Position numbers and translations under genes: made by a program
Notes under the pieces: model-generated
Seen by the model: the letters and a program-made list of their open reading frames with translations, nothing else
Told to the model about the DNA's origin: nothing
Databases searched by the model: none
Shown: positions 19,356 through 29,531 of the stretch, one piece after another
How positions within the stretch are numbered: the first letter of the stretch is position 1
Layout of the letters: every line of letters starts with the position of its first letter
Origin: Candidatus Tayloriibacteriota bacterium
GTDB taxonomy: Bacteria; Patescibacteriota; Minisyncoccia; Phycocordibacterales; PALSA-1337
Assembly: GCA_052034805.1 (NCBI GenBank)
Contig: JBPOID010000007.1
Span: 26,495-90,494, forward strand
Direction: 5' to 3'
DNA length: 64,000 bases

Positions 19356-22300
19356 ATGAAAGAAAAAAATAATCATGGGCATTCATCAGATGCTAAATAT
19401 CTAGAGAGATTGGAATTCAGGCCAGAGCTTCGCAATATGTGGCTTTATTTCTTCATAAAGAATTTTAGAGTAGTTATTTTACTTATTCTTATGATTTCTA
19501 CATGGGGAATATATTCTTTTCTGAAACTACCTCGTGAATCAAATCCAGAAATAAAGATTCCCATAGCTATTGTCACAACTCTTTATCCAGGTGCTTCACC
19601 TGCTGATGTAGAAGAATTTGTAACAAAAAAGATAGAAACTGAGATATCTGGTTTAAAAGGTTTAAAAAAAATAACATCTAATTCATTCAATTCTATCTCT
19701 TCTATTCAAGTAGAATTCGATGCCAAACAAGATGTAGAAGATTCTATACGTCGTCTCAGAGATAAGGTTTCTACAGCTAAAACAAAGATATCAACTCAGG
19801 CTGAAGATCCACAAGTCCTAGAAGTTTCATTAGACGATACACCTATATGGTCAATATCACTTACTGGTCCATATGATGGATTTACATTGCGTAAATATGC
19901 AGAAACTATAAAGGATGAATTAGAGAAAATATCTGGAGTTCGTGAGATGAGGATTTCTGGTGGAGATGAAAAAGAAATAGAAATAGCTTATATTCCTGAG
20001 AATCTATTGTTTTATGGAATCTCTACGGCAGATGCAAATCAAGCCATAATATCTACCAATATTGCCATACCTGCAGGAAATTATGAAAGTGGTAGCTATG
20101 TAGTTCCTATTCGTTCTGATGCGCGTACAAATACAATATCAGATATAAGTCGCATACCTGTAGGTCATAATGATGGCGGTGGTACTATACTTTTAAGTGA
20201 TATAGCTCGTATAACTGAAAAAAGTTTAAAGAAAACTTCATACTCAAGATTTTCTATAGAAGGAGAGCCTTCTAGAAATTCTGTAAGTCTATCACTTATA
20301 AAACGCCAAGGAGCATCGGTATTAGATACCGTAGATATGGCAAAATCAACTGTTGATAAAACAATATCAAATTTTCCTCCAGGTATTAAATATGATATTT
20401 CTTTAAATCTTGCAGAAAGGGTTAGAAATGATTTCGTTCAGTTATCTGATGATTTTCTTCTTACAGTATTTCTAGTTGCTATAATATTATTCTTAATTGT
20501 TGGCCTGAAAGAAGCTTTCGTAGCAGGACTTGCTATACCTTTAGTGTTCTTTGCGAGTTTCGGATTGTTGCTCATGTTTGGTATTACTTTGAATTTCTTA
20601 TCACTTTTCTCTTTAATTCTATCTTTAGGATTATTGGTAGATGATGCGATAGTGGTGGTCTCTGCTACGAAACAATATCTAAATACTGGTAAATTCACAC
20701 CAGAAGAAGCCGTACTTTTAGTATTGAATGATTTCAAATGGGTACTTACAACAACTACCTTGGCTACTGTATGGGCATTTCTACCATTACTTTTTGCTAC
20801 TGGTATTATAGGCCAATATCTAAAGTCTATTCCAATAACAGTCTCTATTACTCTGATCTCATCATTATTCATAGCTCTTATGGTAAATCATCCATTAGCT
20901 GCAGTATTGGAAAGAATAAGACTTAATCGTCGTTTCTTTTTCATTATAGAATCTGTACTGATGGTTTTTACAGTATCTATGTTCTATATAGGTGGTCTTT
21001 ATGAAATCATATTAGCTATTATTTCTCTTATTATTCAGGCATATCTTATATGGTGGTATGAAAGAGATGGCAAAGCTATTCTTTTAGAAAATGCGAAATT
21101 AATGGATAGGGAATGGAAAGATGATAATTTAATAAAAGAAAAACTTAGAAAACAAGGAAGTCGTGAGCATGAAAGTTTAAGTGCTAGACTAATACATGGA
21201 ATTATAAATTTCAATTATCTTTTGCCTTTATATGAAAAGTATTTTAAACATTATATCTTGAATAAGAAACGTCGTAGGAATGTTATCATAGGTGTTATTG
21301 CATTATTTATTTTCTCATTAGGTTTGGTCAAAAGTGGCATAGTTCGTTCAGAATTTTTCCCAGTATCCGATCAAGATTATGTATATGTAGATATCAAAAC
21401 TCCAGTAGGTACTAAACTTGGAGAAACAGATATTCGTACACGCGGTGTAGAAGAAAAATTATTATTATATAAGGATATAGCCAATTTCTCGACTATTATA
21501 GGTAGAGGAAGTATATCTTCAGGTAATAATAATGATGCTACAAATCTGGCTTCGATAACTGTCACTCTAAAAGATAAGAAAAATAGAAGTATGAAATCTT
21601 ATGAATTTGCAGATTTACTAAGACATGATCTCACAGCTTTATCTACTCCAGGAATAGTCATAAGTGTTTCAAATCCCGCTGGAGGTCCACCATCTGGATC
21701 AGCTTTCGAAGGACGTATAACAGGTGATAGTCTAGAAGTTTTGACCAAGATAGTATCAGATCTTCGTCCTAAGCTTCTATCAATACCTGGAGTTATAAAT
21801 GTGAATATCTCACAGAAAGATTCTGTACCGCAATATACATTTACTTTAGATCCAATAGCAATGGAACAAAATTATCTCAATGCTTCTTATGTCGGTTCAG
21901 TTCTTCGTACTGCTGTTTCTGGTACTGAATTGATAAAAATAATTCAAGAAGATAAAGAGATAAAAGTGATAGCAGTATTTAATTCTAATTCAATACCAAA
22001 TCTTTCTTCAATACAGAATCTACAAATATTAAATAATCGTAAACAACCAGTCTTTTTGAAAGATATTGCCAAAATAGAATTAAAGCCTGATGTAGATGTA
22101 ATAACTCGTATAGATCAGAAGAGAACAATACTTCTTTCTGCTGGTGTAGATAGTAGTACTAATGGACAGACAGTACTTGCGCAATTTGAAAAAAATATAG
22201 AAAATTACGTATTTCCATCAGGTTATTATATAAAATATGGAGGAGAAAATGAATCAAATGCAGAATCTGTGGCTTCTATTTTTAGAGCTATGATAATTGC

Positions 22301-22769
22301 TCTTATACTTATAGTTGCAACATTGGTAATACAGTTTAATTCATTCCGCAAGGCATTTATCGTTCTCGTACCTATACCACTTGCTCTTATTGGGGTATTC
22401 TTCGGAATGGCAGTATTTGATGTACCGCTCAGTTTACCAGCGCTTATAGGAGTGTTAGCATTGTTTGGTATTGTTGTTAAGAATGCGATTATTTTGGTTG
22501 ATAAAATAAATATAAATATAGAAAGCGGAATAGAATTCGAATCAGCAATAGCAGATGCTGGTAAATCGAGATTAGAAGCTATTTTCATTACTTCTATATG
22601 TACTATTATAGGTATTTTGCCAGTAACATTATCAAATGAATTCTGGAGAGCCCTCGGTAGTTCGGTTATATTTGGCCTTACACTTTCTTCATTCCTTACA
22701 TTGTTTATTATCCCAGCACTTTATCTAGTATGGGTAAAAGATGAAAAATCTGATATTATTAATTCATGA
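19356..22769 (+). CDS. RND efflux transporter permease (AcrB/AcrD/AcrF family)
   Basis: YPGASP..VE, GLLVDDAIVVV, GIVVKNAIILVD, RLEAIFITS. Confidence 0.95.
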   Translation: MKEKNNHGHSSDAKYLERLEFRPELRNMWLYFFIKNFRVVILLILMISTWGIYSFLKLPRESNPEIKIPIAIVTTLYPGASPADVEEFVTKKIETEISGLKGLKKITSNSFNSISSIQVEFDAKQDVEDSIRRLRDKVSTAKTKISTQAEDPQVLEVSLDDTPIWSISLTGPYDGFTLRKYAETIKDELEKISGVREMRISGGDEKEIEIAYIPENLLFYGISTADANQAIISTNIAIPAGNYESGSYVVPIRSDARTNTISDISRIPVGHNDGGGTILLSDIARITEKSLKKTSYSRFSIEGEPSRNSVSLSLIKRQGASVLDTVDMAKSTVDKTISNFPPGIKYDISLNLAERVRNDFVQLSDDFLLTVFLVAIILFLIVGLKEAFVAGLAIPLVFFASFGLLLMFGITLNFLSLFSLILSLGLLVDDAIVVVSATKQYLNTGKFTPEEAVLLVLNDFKWVLTTTTLATVWAFLPLLFATGIIGQYLKSIPITVSITLISSLFIALMVNHPLAAVLERIRLNRRFFFIIESVLMVFTVSMFYIGGLYEIILAIISLIIQAYLIWWYERDGKAILLENAKLMDREWKDDNLIKEKLRKQGSREHESLSARLIHGIINFNYLLPLYEKYFKHYILNKKRRRNVIIGVIALFIFSLGLVKSGIVRSEFFPVSDQDYVYVDIKTPVGTKLGETDIRTRGVEEKLLLYKDIANFSTIIGRGSISSGNNNDATNLASITVTLKDKKNRSMKSYEFADLLRHDLTALSTPGIVISVSNPAGGPPSGSAFEGRITGDSLEVLTKIVSDLRPKLLSIPGVINVNISQKDSVPQYTFTLDPIAMEQNYLNASYVGSVLRTAVSGTELIKIIQEDKEIKVIAVFNSNSIPNLSSIQNLQILNNRKQPVFLKDIAKIELKPDVDVITRIDQKRTILLSAGVDSSTNGQTVLAQFEKNIENYVFPSGYYIKYGGENESNAESVASIFRAMIIALILIVATLVIQFNSFRKAFIVLVPIPLALIGVFFGMAVFDVPLSLPALIGVLALFGIVVKNAIILVDKININIESGIEFESAIADAGKSRLEAIFITSICTIIGILPVTLSNEFWRALGSSVIFGLTLSSFLTLFIIPALYLVWVKDEKSDIINS

Positions 22770-23731
22770 AATCAACAAATAATAAAATCTTATTATCAGG
22801 AGTAAAACCTACAGGTAGGCCACATATAGGGAATTATTTCGGTGCCATGAAGCAATACACTGAACTTCTTTTGAATGGCAATTATGATTGTTATTTCATG
22901 ATAGCTGATTATCATGCTTTGAATCTTATTCAAGACAGGGAAGAAATGAAGAATAATATAATAGATTTAGCTATAGACTATATAGCCATAGGTCTTGATC
23001 CAGAGAAATCAACAATATTCAAACAATCAGACGTTTCTTCTCATACTGAACTCGCATGGATATTCGATACTATAACCACAATGCCATATCTAATGCGTGC
23101 ACATGCCTATAAAGACGCAGAAGCAAAGAATAAAGAAATAAATGTCGGCACATTCAATTATCCAATGCTTATGGCTTCAGATATTTTGCTTTATGATACA
23201 GATATAGTCCCTGTAGGTCAGGATCAGAAACAACATGTAGAATATACCCGTGATACAGCTCAGAAATTCAATAATATTTATGGAGAAATATTCAAATTAC
23301 CAGAACCATATATTATAAAAAATGTAGCCATAGTCCCAGGAATAGATGGAGAAAAGATGTCAAAAAGTTACGGTAATACAATATCTTTATTTGCTAGTAG
23401 AGATGAAATAATAAAATCAGTTATGAGTATAGTTACAGATTCTAGCGGTGAATTACCTATAAATGTCTATAATATACATAAACTAATAAAGAAAGAAGAA
23501 GAATTAAAGAAATTATACGAAGAAAATAAAGGCAAATATAAAATTCTAAAAGAAGCTTTAATAGAAGATTTAGATTCTTTTATAAAACCTCTAAGAGATA
23601 AAAGAGAAGAATTAGCAAAAGATAGAAATAAAATCATACAGATATTAGAGGAGGGTGGAGATAAAGCAAGGAAAGTAGCTCAAAATAAATTAGATAAAGT
23701 AAAAGAAGCTATAGGAGTATCAATAAAGTAG
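22766..23731 (+). CDS. trpS: Tryptophan--tRNA ligase
   Basis: HIGNY, YPMLMASDIL, VPVGQDQKQH, KMSKS. Confidence 0.97.
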   Translation: MKSTNNKILLSGVKPTGRPHIGNYFGAMKQYTELLLNGNYDCYFMIADYHALNLIQDREEMKNNIIDLAIDYIAIGLDPEKSTIFKQSDVSSHTELAWIFDTITTMPYLMRAHAYKDAEAKNKEINVGTFNYPMLMASDILLYDTDIVPVGQDQKQHVEYTRDTAQKFNNIYGEIFKLPEPYIIKNVAIVPGIDGEKMSKSYGNTISLFASRDEIIKSVMSIVTDSSGELPINVYNIHKLIKKEEELKKLYEENKGKYKILKEALIEDLDSFIKPLRDKREELAKDRNKIIQILEEGGDKARKVAQNKLDKVKEAIGVSIK

Positions 23732-23885
23732 TCGTATTTTAACAAATATCTTGACCTTAAAGGTTTTTATATTGTAAAACTAGGGTTTTTATCATTTCTT
23801 TATTATTTTTTTATAATTTCTTTATTTTCATAATATATACTTTTTTATTATAAATAATTTCTACGAGAGTAGATAAATAAAAAGC

Positions 23886-24440
23886 ATGTATAATAAAAAA
23901 CATAAAGATAATCCAAATACAATAGGGAATACAATAAGAAAAAATATAATAAAGAAAGGCAAAAGAGAAAGCAAAATATTTAATAAAAATAAAAAAGGAT
24001 TCACTCTAATAGAAATACTCATAGTTATAGGAATAATAGCTATTCTCGCTGCTGTAGTACTGGTTGCGGTGAATCCTTCTAGACAATTCAAGCTTGCTAG
24101 AGATTCTCAAAGAGTTAGTAATGTAAATGCATTATTGAATTCTATAAGCCAAAATATATCAGAGAATCACGGAGTCTTTTATTGTGCTGGTAGCCCTCTT
24201 TCTTTGCCATCCATTCCTACAATAGTGAAAAGTGATATATCATCGAATGGCTTCGATCTCGCGCACTGTGTCGTTCCTACCTATATTTCATCTCTACCCT
24301 ATGATCCTAGTGCTGTAGGAGCTTATTATAATAATGATACTGATTATGATACAAAATATGTTATATATCAGGATATAAATGGCAGAGTAACAGCTAGTTC
24401 AACAGGAGAAATAACAACATCTATATCAGTTACAAGATAA
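23886..24440 (+). CDS. Type IV pilin/pseudopilin
   Basis: KKG|FTLIEILIVIGIIAILAAVV class III signal; ARDSQR; LPYDP. Confidence 0.9.
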   Translation: MYNKKHKDNPNTIGNTIRKNIIKKGKRESKIFNKNKKGFTLIEILIVIGIIAILAAVVLVAVNPSRQFKLARDSQRVSNVNALLNSISQNISENHGVFYCAGSPLSLPSIPTIVKSDISSNGFDLAHCVVPTYISSLPYDPSAVGAYYNNDTDYDTKYVIYQDINGRVTASSTGEITTSISVTR

Positions 24441-24464
24441 TATATTTATATTATACTGATTAGT

Positions 24465-25529
24465 ATGATTCCTAAAGACTTTTTTTCACCATTATCTAAT
24501 AATAAAATCAAAAAGATATTATTTTCTTGTATCACTATAATAATTTTAGCTCTTTTATTAAAGAATACAGGTAATAATAAAAATCATACAAATAATATCG
24601 ATATAAAGAAAAGATCAAATAATTCTGAAAAAGTAATAGATAGAATAGAATCAATAGAAAGTATTGATAATACAGAATCTATAGATAATCCGAAATCCAT
24701 AGATAATACTACGAAAAACAATACCACAAAGGTATCAGATAAAAATACATCCAATAAAGAAATAATAGACAATACAAAGCCAAAGCCAGAAATAACAGCA
24801 GAAGAATATCTAGTAGGGAATATAGAAACTGGAAGTATTTATTTATCCAAAAATCCAAATAAAGTATTTCCTATAGCGTCTATTAGCAAATTAATAACTG
24901 CAGTTATGGCAAAGAATATACTCAATTCTACTAGTACAGTTATTATTACCGATAAAATGTTAGAACCATATGGAGATGCGGGGAAATTGGTAATAGGTGA
25001 GAAATACACAATAGATGAATTATTATATCCATTATTATTAGAATCAAGTAATGATGCAGCGGAGGCCATAGCAGAATCTTATGGTTATGAAGATTTTATG
25101 GAAAAAATGAATTCTATAGCCAATGAATTAGGTATGGTATCTACTTCCTTTAAAGATCCAATAGGATTAAGTTATGAAAATATATCTAATGCAAATGATT
25201 TATTTACCTTAGTAAAATACGCTTATTATAATCAAAGACCAATATTCGATATTACAAAGAAAATAGATATGACTCTTTCTAGTACAACAGATCATATTGA
25301 ACATAATTATAAAAATATAAATCCATTAGCATCAGATCCTAACTTTATAGGAGGCAAGACTGGCAGAACAACAGAAGCCAGAGAAAGTATGATATCTATT
25401 TTCGAATATAAGATAGATAATAAAGCCTATCCAATAGCTGTTATTGTGCTTAGATCAGATTTTGGTGAAAGAGAGAATGATACAAGAGTGCTTATGCGTA
25501 AATTAGCTAGTAAAATAGACATGAATTAG
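24465..25529 (+). CDS. D-alanyl-D-alanine carboxypeptidase (S11)
   Basis: PIASISK (SxxK), SSN, GGKTG; N-terminal TM and low-complexity SIDN-repeat linker. Confidence 0.9.
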   Translation: MIPKDFFSPLSNNKIKKILFSCITIIILALLLKNTGNNKNHTNNIDIKKRSNNSEKVIDRIESIESIDNTESIDNPKSIDNTTKNNTTKVSDKNTSNKEIIDNTKPKPEITAEEYLVGNIETGSIYLSKNPNKVFPIASISKLITAVMAKNILNSTSTVIITDKMLEPYGDAGKLVIGEKYTIDELLYPLLLESSNDAAEAIAESYGYEDFMEKMNSIANELGMVSTSFKDPIGLSYENISNANDLFTLVKYAYYNQRPIFDITKKIDMTLSSTTDHIEHNYKNINPLASDPNFIGGKTGRTTEARESMISIFEYKIDNKAYPIAVIVLRSDFGERENDTRVLMRKLASKIDMN

Positions 25530-25620
25530 GTCTTGTGTATAAATATATTTGTACCACTTTTCCTATTAAAGTATAATTATATAGTCGACAATTTATTATA
25601 AATATAATTAATATAATTTT

Positions 25621-25848
25621 ATGAAAGCACTTCATATGATTTCATGGATACTTCTAATAGTTGGAGGCCTAAACTGGCTTCTACAAGGAGCTTTCCTATG
25701 GGATGTTGGCGCCCTATTTGGTGGCCAAACAGCAGTAGTATCTAGAATAATATATGTTCTAGTTGGTCTATCTGCTCTAGTTGAGCTATTCTCTCACAAG
25801 GGAAATTGCAAGGCTTGCAAGAGTGGAGATATGTCTCAAACTATGTAA
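25621..25848 (+). CDS. DUF378 family membrane protein
   Basis: LLIVGGLNWLL, SRIIYVLVGLSA. Confidence 0.88.
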   Translation: MKALHMISWILLIVGGLNWLLQGAFLWDVGALFGGQTAVVSRIIYVLVGLSALVELFSHKGNCKACKSGDMSQTM

Positions 25849-25876
25849 TAGTTTCATTTTTTTAATTATGTACATG

Positions 25877-25952
25877 CAAAAAGACCCCAAAGGGGTCTTT
25901 TTGTTATAAAAAAGTTCACCATCAATCTCTTTATCAGGGATTGATGGTGTGT
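25877..25952. terminator. Pair of terminators between convergent genes
   Basis: AAAAAGACCCC-AAA-GGGGTCTTTTT and CACCATCAATC...GATTGATGGTG. Confidence 0.7.
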
Positions 25953-25956
25953 GAAT

Positions 25957-26472
25957 TCATTGAGGAGGCTTTTTGAACCTCTCTGTGCTGTCTTTCATAT
26001 CCATATCGGGGAAAAGTCCTAAGGGGAATATGAGGGGTGGGTTATCTTTATAAGAATATTTTGAATCATGTATTCTCGAACCCCAAAGTTTTCTTACCAA
26101 TTCATCGTATACATGATCCAATACAGGATCGGAGAAGAATTGTTCCTTATCTGTCAGTTCTACCCATTTTGCATGTAATATTGACATAGGACCCAAATCT
26201 ATTTTCACAAGTACTATATGATCACAGCTCCGACAATGAGAGAAAGTTCTTTTCTCTATTCTCCTTATCCAAAATCGAAGTTTTCCTGCTGGACTTCGTG
26301 TGGATATCATCTCATCTGAAGCCATTATTATCTTGTGCCTACGATGATTTTTGTGTTTTCTCCATTCACCACATTTAGGACATCTTCTGCCTATATTTTT
26401 ATAGAATCTGTATAGCTTATGCCATATCAGAAATACGGCAACAGACAATACAATCCTTAAAATCATATGCAT
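25957..26472 (-). CDS. Hypothetical membrane-anchored zinc-ribbon protein
   Basis: N-terminal TM, CPKC...CRSC. Confidence 0.65.
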   Translation of the reverse strand: MHMILRIVLSVAVFLIWHKLYRFYKNIGRRCPKCGEWRKHKNHRRHKIIMASDEMISTRSPAGKLRFWIRRIEKRTFSHCRSCDHIVLVKIDLGPMSILHAKWVELTDKEQFFSDPVLDHVYDELVRKLWGSRIHDSKYSYKDNPPLIFPLGLFPDMDMKDSTERFKKPPQ

Positions 26473-26657
26473 TTTTAGCCTTATTTTATAGTTGTGCTCA
26501 TTTTCTATAATAATTATAATATATAATCAAATACTTGCTAAATATATATAAGTGTGATATTGTTTTGAATGGATAAGACGCATATGGTATGCGTCTTTTA
26601 AGTGCCTAACAACAATAAAGGCATTTGAAAAGTTAGTTGAAAAGAAGGAAAAAACCT

Positions 26658-27530
26658 ATGAAAAACCTCAGTCTCAGTCTCGGTATTCACAGGAAGTGGG
26701 TTCGTTTCGTGTTTATGGCCTTCATGGCCATCTTCGTTCTCGGTGCGCAGGTTGTCTCGGTGAAAGCTTCGATCAGCCCTCCGCCACCACCTAATACTGA
26801 TTACTGGTATGTAGGTACGCCGAAATTCACCGGTACGTATCTTTCTGGTCCCACTCTAACAATGTGGGGTACTCCTGTGGGTAGTGGCTTTACTTACTCC
26901 CCACCTACTGATGCCCTCGGGGTAGATCCTTTAGGATCTACTGCAATGTGGCTAATGATTCGTACCTCATCAGCGTCTTACTCTAAAGCTAGTACGATGG
27001 TAAATGGATTCTACAAAACCGACGGGTCACCAGTGGCAAGGTATATTTCATTCTGGTATCAAACCTCGGATGTGTCACTAGGTTCTCCATTGCAGGTAAA
27101 ATTGGGGAATACGGTGATAGCAAGTATTACGGCGAATAAGTCCAGTTGGACCAGATTTGAGACCGTAGCTAACACAACATCCACAGGACAATACGAACTC
27201 TCTTTTCTCCTGAATAGGGGATCAGCTCCAGGAACGGTATTTCCTCAAGCGAAAATCGATGCAGTTCATTGCATACCAGATTTTTCGGTTCCACTTTCAA
27301 CTCCACCAAGTACTTCTTTCAAGATTTCTGGTGGAAAAGTAAAGTGGAAATATAGTGACTACGGGGACTTTTTCTTTTTGGTAGAGAAATCAAGTCTTGC
27401 TCCTGGTGCTTGGACCATGAAGACATCAGGTATAACTCTTGGTGCGGACGGGTGGTGGACATACACCATTCCTACTGGTGCAAATCACTTCTACGAATTA
27501 TACTCGCCATTGAATGCAAGCGGTCTCTGA
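26658..27530 (+). CDS. Secreted beta-rich protein with a Verrucomicrobia-like C-terminal domain
   Basis: SD GAAGGA, signal peptide ending VKA, PPPPP linker, C-terminal W...LVEKSSL...W...FYEL; GC-richer than the flanks. Confidence 0.7.
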   Translation: MKNLSLSLGIHRKWVRFVFMAFMAIFVLGAQVVSVKASISPPPPPNTDYWYVGTPKFTGTYLSGPTLTMWGTPVGSGFTYSPPTDALGVDPLGSTAMWLMIRTSSASYSKASTMVNGFYKTDGSPVARYISFWYQTSDVSLGSPLQVKLGNTVIASITANKSSWTRFETVANTTSTGQYELSFLLNRGSAPGTVFPQAKIDAVHCIPDFSVPLSTPPSTSFKISGGKVKWKYSDYGDFFFLVEKSSLAPGAWTMKTSGITLGADGWWTYTIPTGANHFYELYSPLNASGL

Positions 27531-27542
27531 GTAAGTTCTTTC

Positions 27543-27578
27543 ACCCCCAACGTTTCAAAGCGTTGGGGTTTTCTTTTA
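27543..27578 (+). terminator. Intrinsic terminator
   Basis: CCCCAACG-TTTCAAAG-CGTTGGGG then TTTTCTTTT. Confidence 0.75.
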
Positions 27579-27599
27579 TTTAAATTTATAAGTATACCT

Positions 27600-28169
27600 T
27601 TATGGTTTTCTACCTTTACCCAAGGTTATTATTGCAGTCATCATAGAATTAGTGATTATCATAGCTATAGAATGCAATGTAGTTGCTATATTGTATGATT
27701 GCAATGAGAATAATGCTAATATATGGCGTAATACATTTGCGCTATATAGTATTGGAGTTTCTGATTTTGGATTTTGCCAAGTTTTCCTAAGTGTAGGTAT
27801 AAATGCTATGAGATCTATAGACACGGCTATTATTACTGATACTGTAGGGTCCTTTGTTATTATCCAAGGGATAATTCCGAGTAATGCTATAACAAAGAAA
27901 ATTGTATCGGATATTAGTATTTTCTTGAATCCGTATTGAAGAGAGAATATGAAAATTAATAGAGTAAAGATTTCTGAAGCAGCTGTAGGCAATGCTCCTA
28001 TGCCTGCTCCTTTTGCTAATTGACCAAAGAATGTTATAGCAGAAACTGTAGTCCATACCATCCATGTATATGGATGAGGTTGTACTCTTCTTTTAACTAT
28101 ATCTATGAGATAAGGTATATTACCGACTACTGCTAGAATTGCTGCTATTATTGCTAATGTTTCTTTCAT
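27600..28169 (-). CDS. Multi-pass membrane protein (PQ-loop/SWEET-like duplicated motif)
   Basis: IPY...P..YTW.VW and IPT.RK.W..P.SE repeats, about 6-7 TMs. Confidence 0.7.
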   Translation of the reverse strand: MKETLAIIAAILAVVGNIPYLIDIVKRRVQPHPYTWMVWTTVSAITFFGQLAKGAGIGALPTAASEIFTLLIFIFSLQYGFKKILISDTIFFVIALLGIIPWIITKDPTVSVIIAVSIDLIAFIPTLRKTWQNPKSETPILYSANVLRHILALFSLQSYNIATTLHSIAMIITNSMMTAIITLGKGRKP

Positions 28170-28241
28170 TTATTTAACAATAATTTTAACATATTTCTAT
28201 TTATATAGAAATTATATATAGAATGGTCTTTTGATAGAGAA

Positions 28242-29510
28242 TTATATATTAACTGAATTCGTACCAGCTATATATCCTGTAGTCCAACATATTTGCAAAC
28301 TATATCCTCCAGATGGTCTATCTATATTTAGAATATCTCCAATAAGAAAAAGATTAGGGAATAGTCGTGATTTCATGGTTTTGAAATCTACTTCATCTAG
28401 TGATACGCCACCACTTGATATAATAGCTTTATCTATTCCTAATAATCTATCTACATTTATAGGTATATCTTTTAATAATTTTACTAATTCTAGTCTTTCT
28501 TCACGACTTATACTATTGCATTTCTTATCTCCATCTATTTTAGACAATTCTATTATTATAGATACCATGGTAGAAGGTATGAGTTCGTTTAGAGAATTTT
28601 TGATTTTTCTTTTATCATTTTCTTTGAATATTTCTTGTAATTTATTATTCAATTCTCCATAATCTAGATCTGGTAATAGATCTAGAGATATAATGACTTC
28701 ACCATATTTCAATAATTCTCCTATGTCTTTACTCATATTGAGTATTGTTGGTCCAGAAAGCCCATTATGAGTGAATAAGATTTTTGTATCCCTATCTCTT
28801 ATTTCTTGTTTAACTTTATTTTGAAAAGTAGTTATTTTTATATTTTTTAGACTTGTACCTGCAAGCTTTTTTATCCATTTATCTTTTACTGATATTGGAA
28901 CTAGGGAAGGTTCTGCATTTATAATCTTATGTCCTAGATTAGATAACCATTTATATGCATCTCCGTTCGAGCCCGTCTCGGGTCTCGATACGCCACCAGT
29001 AGCCACGATCACTGATTTCGCTTTTATTATTTTATTATTCTTTAATCTAACCCCGATTATCTTTTTATTTATACCATTACCTTCTGTAGCAATATCTATT
29101 ACCGGAGTATTGGACAATATAGTGACTTTATTTTCTTTCATGTATTCTACCAATACATTCCATACGGATTCTGCTTTATCTGTAATAGGGAATACACGTT
29201 TTTCATTTTCTATCTTCGTATACATTTTCTTGCTATGAAAGAAATCAATAGCATCTTTTACACTATATTGTGAAAAAGCTGAGAAAAGGAATTTTCCATC
29301 ATCTTTGAATTTTTCTAATAGTTTTCTATTATCAAATTCTGCATTAGTTACATTGCATCTACCACCACCGGTTATGAGTAATTTCTTTCCTAATTTATCA
29401 TTCTTTTCTATTAGCAATACTTTTGCACCGAGACTAGAAGATCTACCAGCAGACATCATACCCGCTGGTCCTCCTCCTATAACTATTGTATCCCATACTA
29501 TATTTTCCAT
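28242..29510 (-). CDS. HI0933/BaiN family flavoprotein
   Basis: GGGPAG, GKKLLITGGGRCNVTN, ATGG, LFTH.GLSGP, GGYSLQ. Confidence 0.93.
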   Translation of the reverse strand: MENIVWDTIVIGGGPAGMMSAGRSSSLGAKVLLIEKNDKLGKKLLITGGGRCNVTNAEFDNRKLLEKFKDDGKFLFSAFSQYSVKDAIDFFHSKKMYTKIENEKRVFPITDKAESVWNVLVEYMKENKVTILSNTPVIDIATEGNGINKKIIGVRLKNNKIIKAKSVIVATGGVSRPETGSNGDAYKWLSNLGHKIINAEPSLVPISVKDKWIKKLAGTSLKNIKITTFQNKVKQEIRDRDTKILFTHNGLSGPTILNMSKDIGELLKYGEVIISLDLLPDLDYGELNNKLQEIFKENDKRKIKNSLNELIPSTMVSIIIELSKIDGDKKCNSISREERLELVKLLKDIPINVDRLLGIDKAIISSGGVSLDEVDFKTMKSRLFPNLFLIGDILNIDRPSGGYSLQICWTTGYIAGTNSVNI

Positions 29511-29531
29511 AGTATTATGATAATTAATTAT

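Noticed and set aside
24637-24710. SIDN tandem repeats in the carboxypeptidase
   Set aside because: Ordinary low-complexity linker, not a mobile or array repeat
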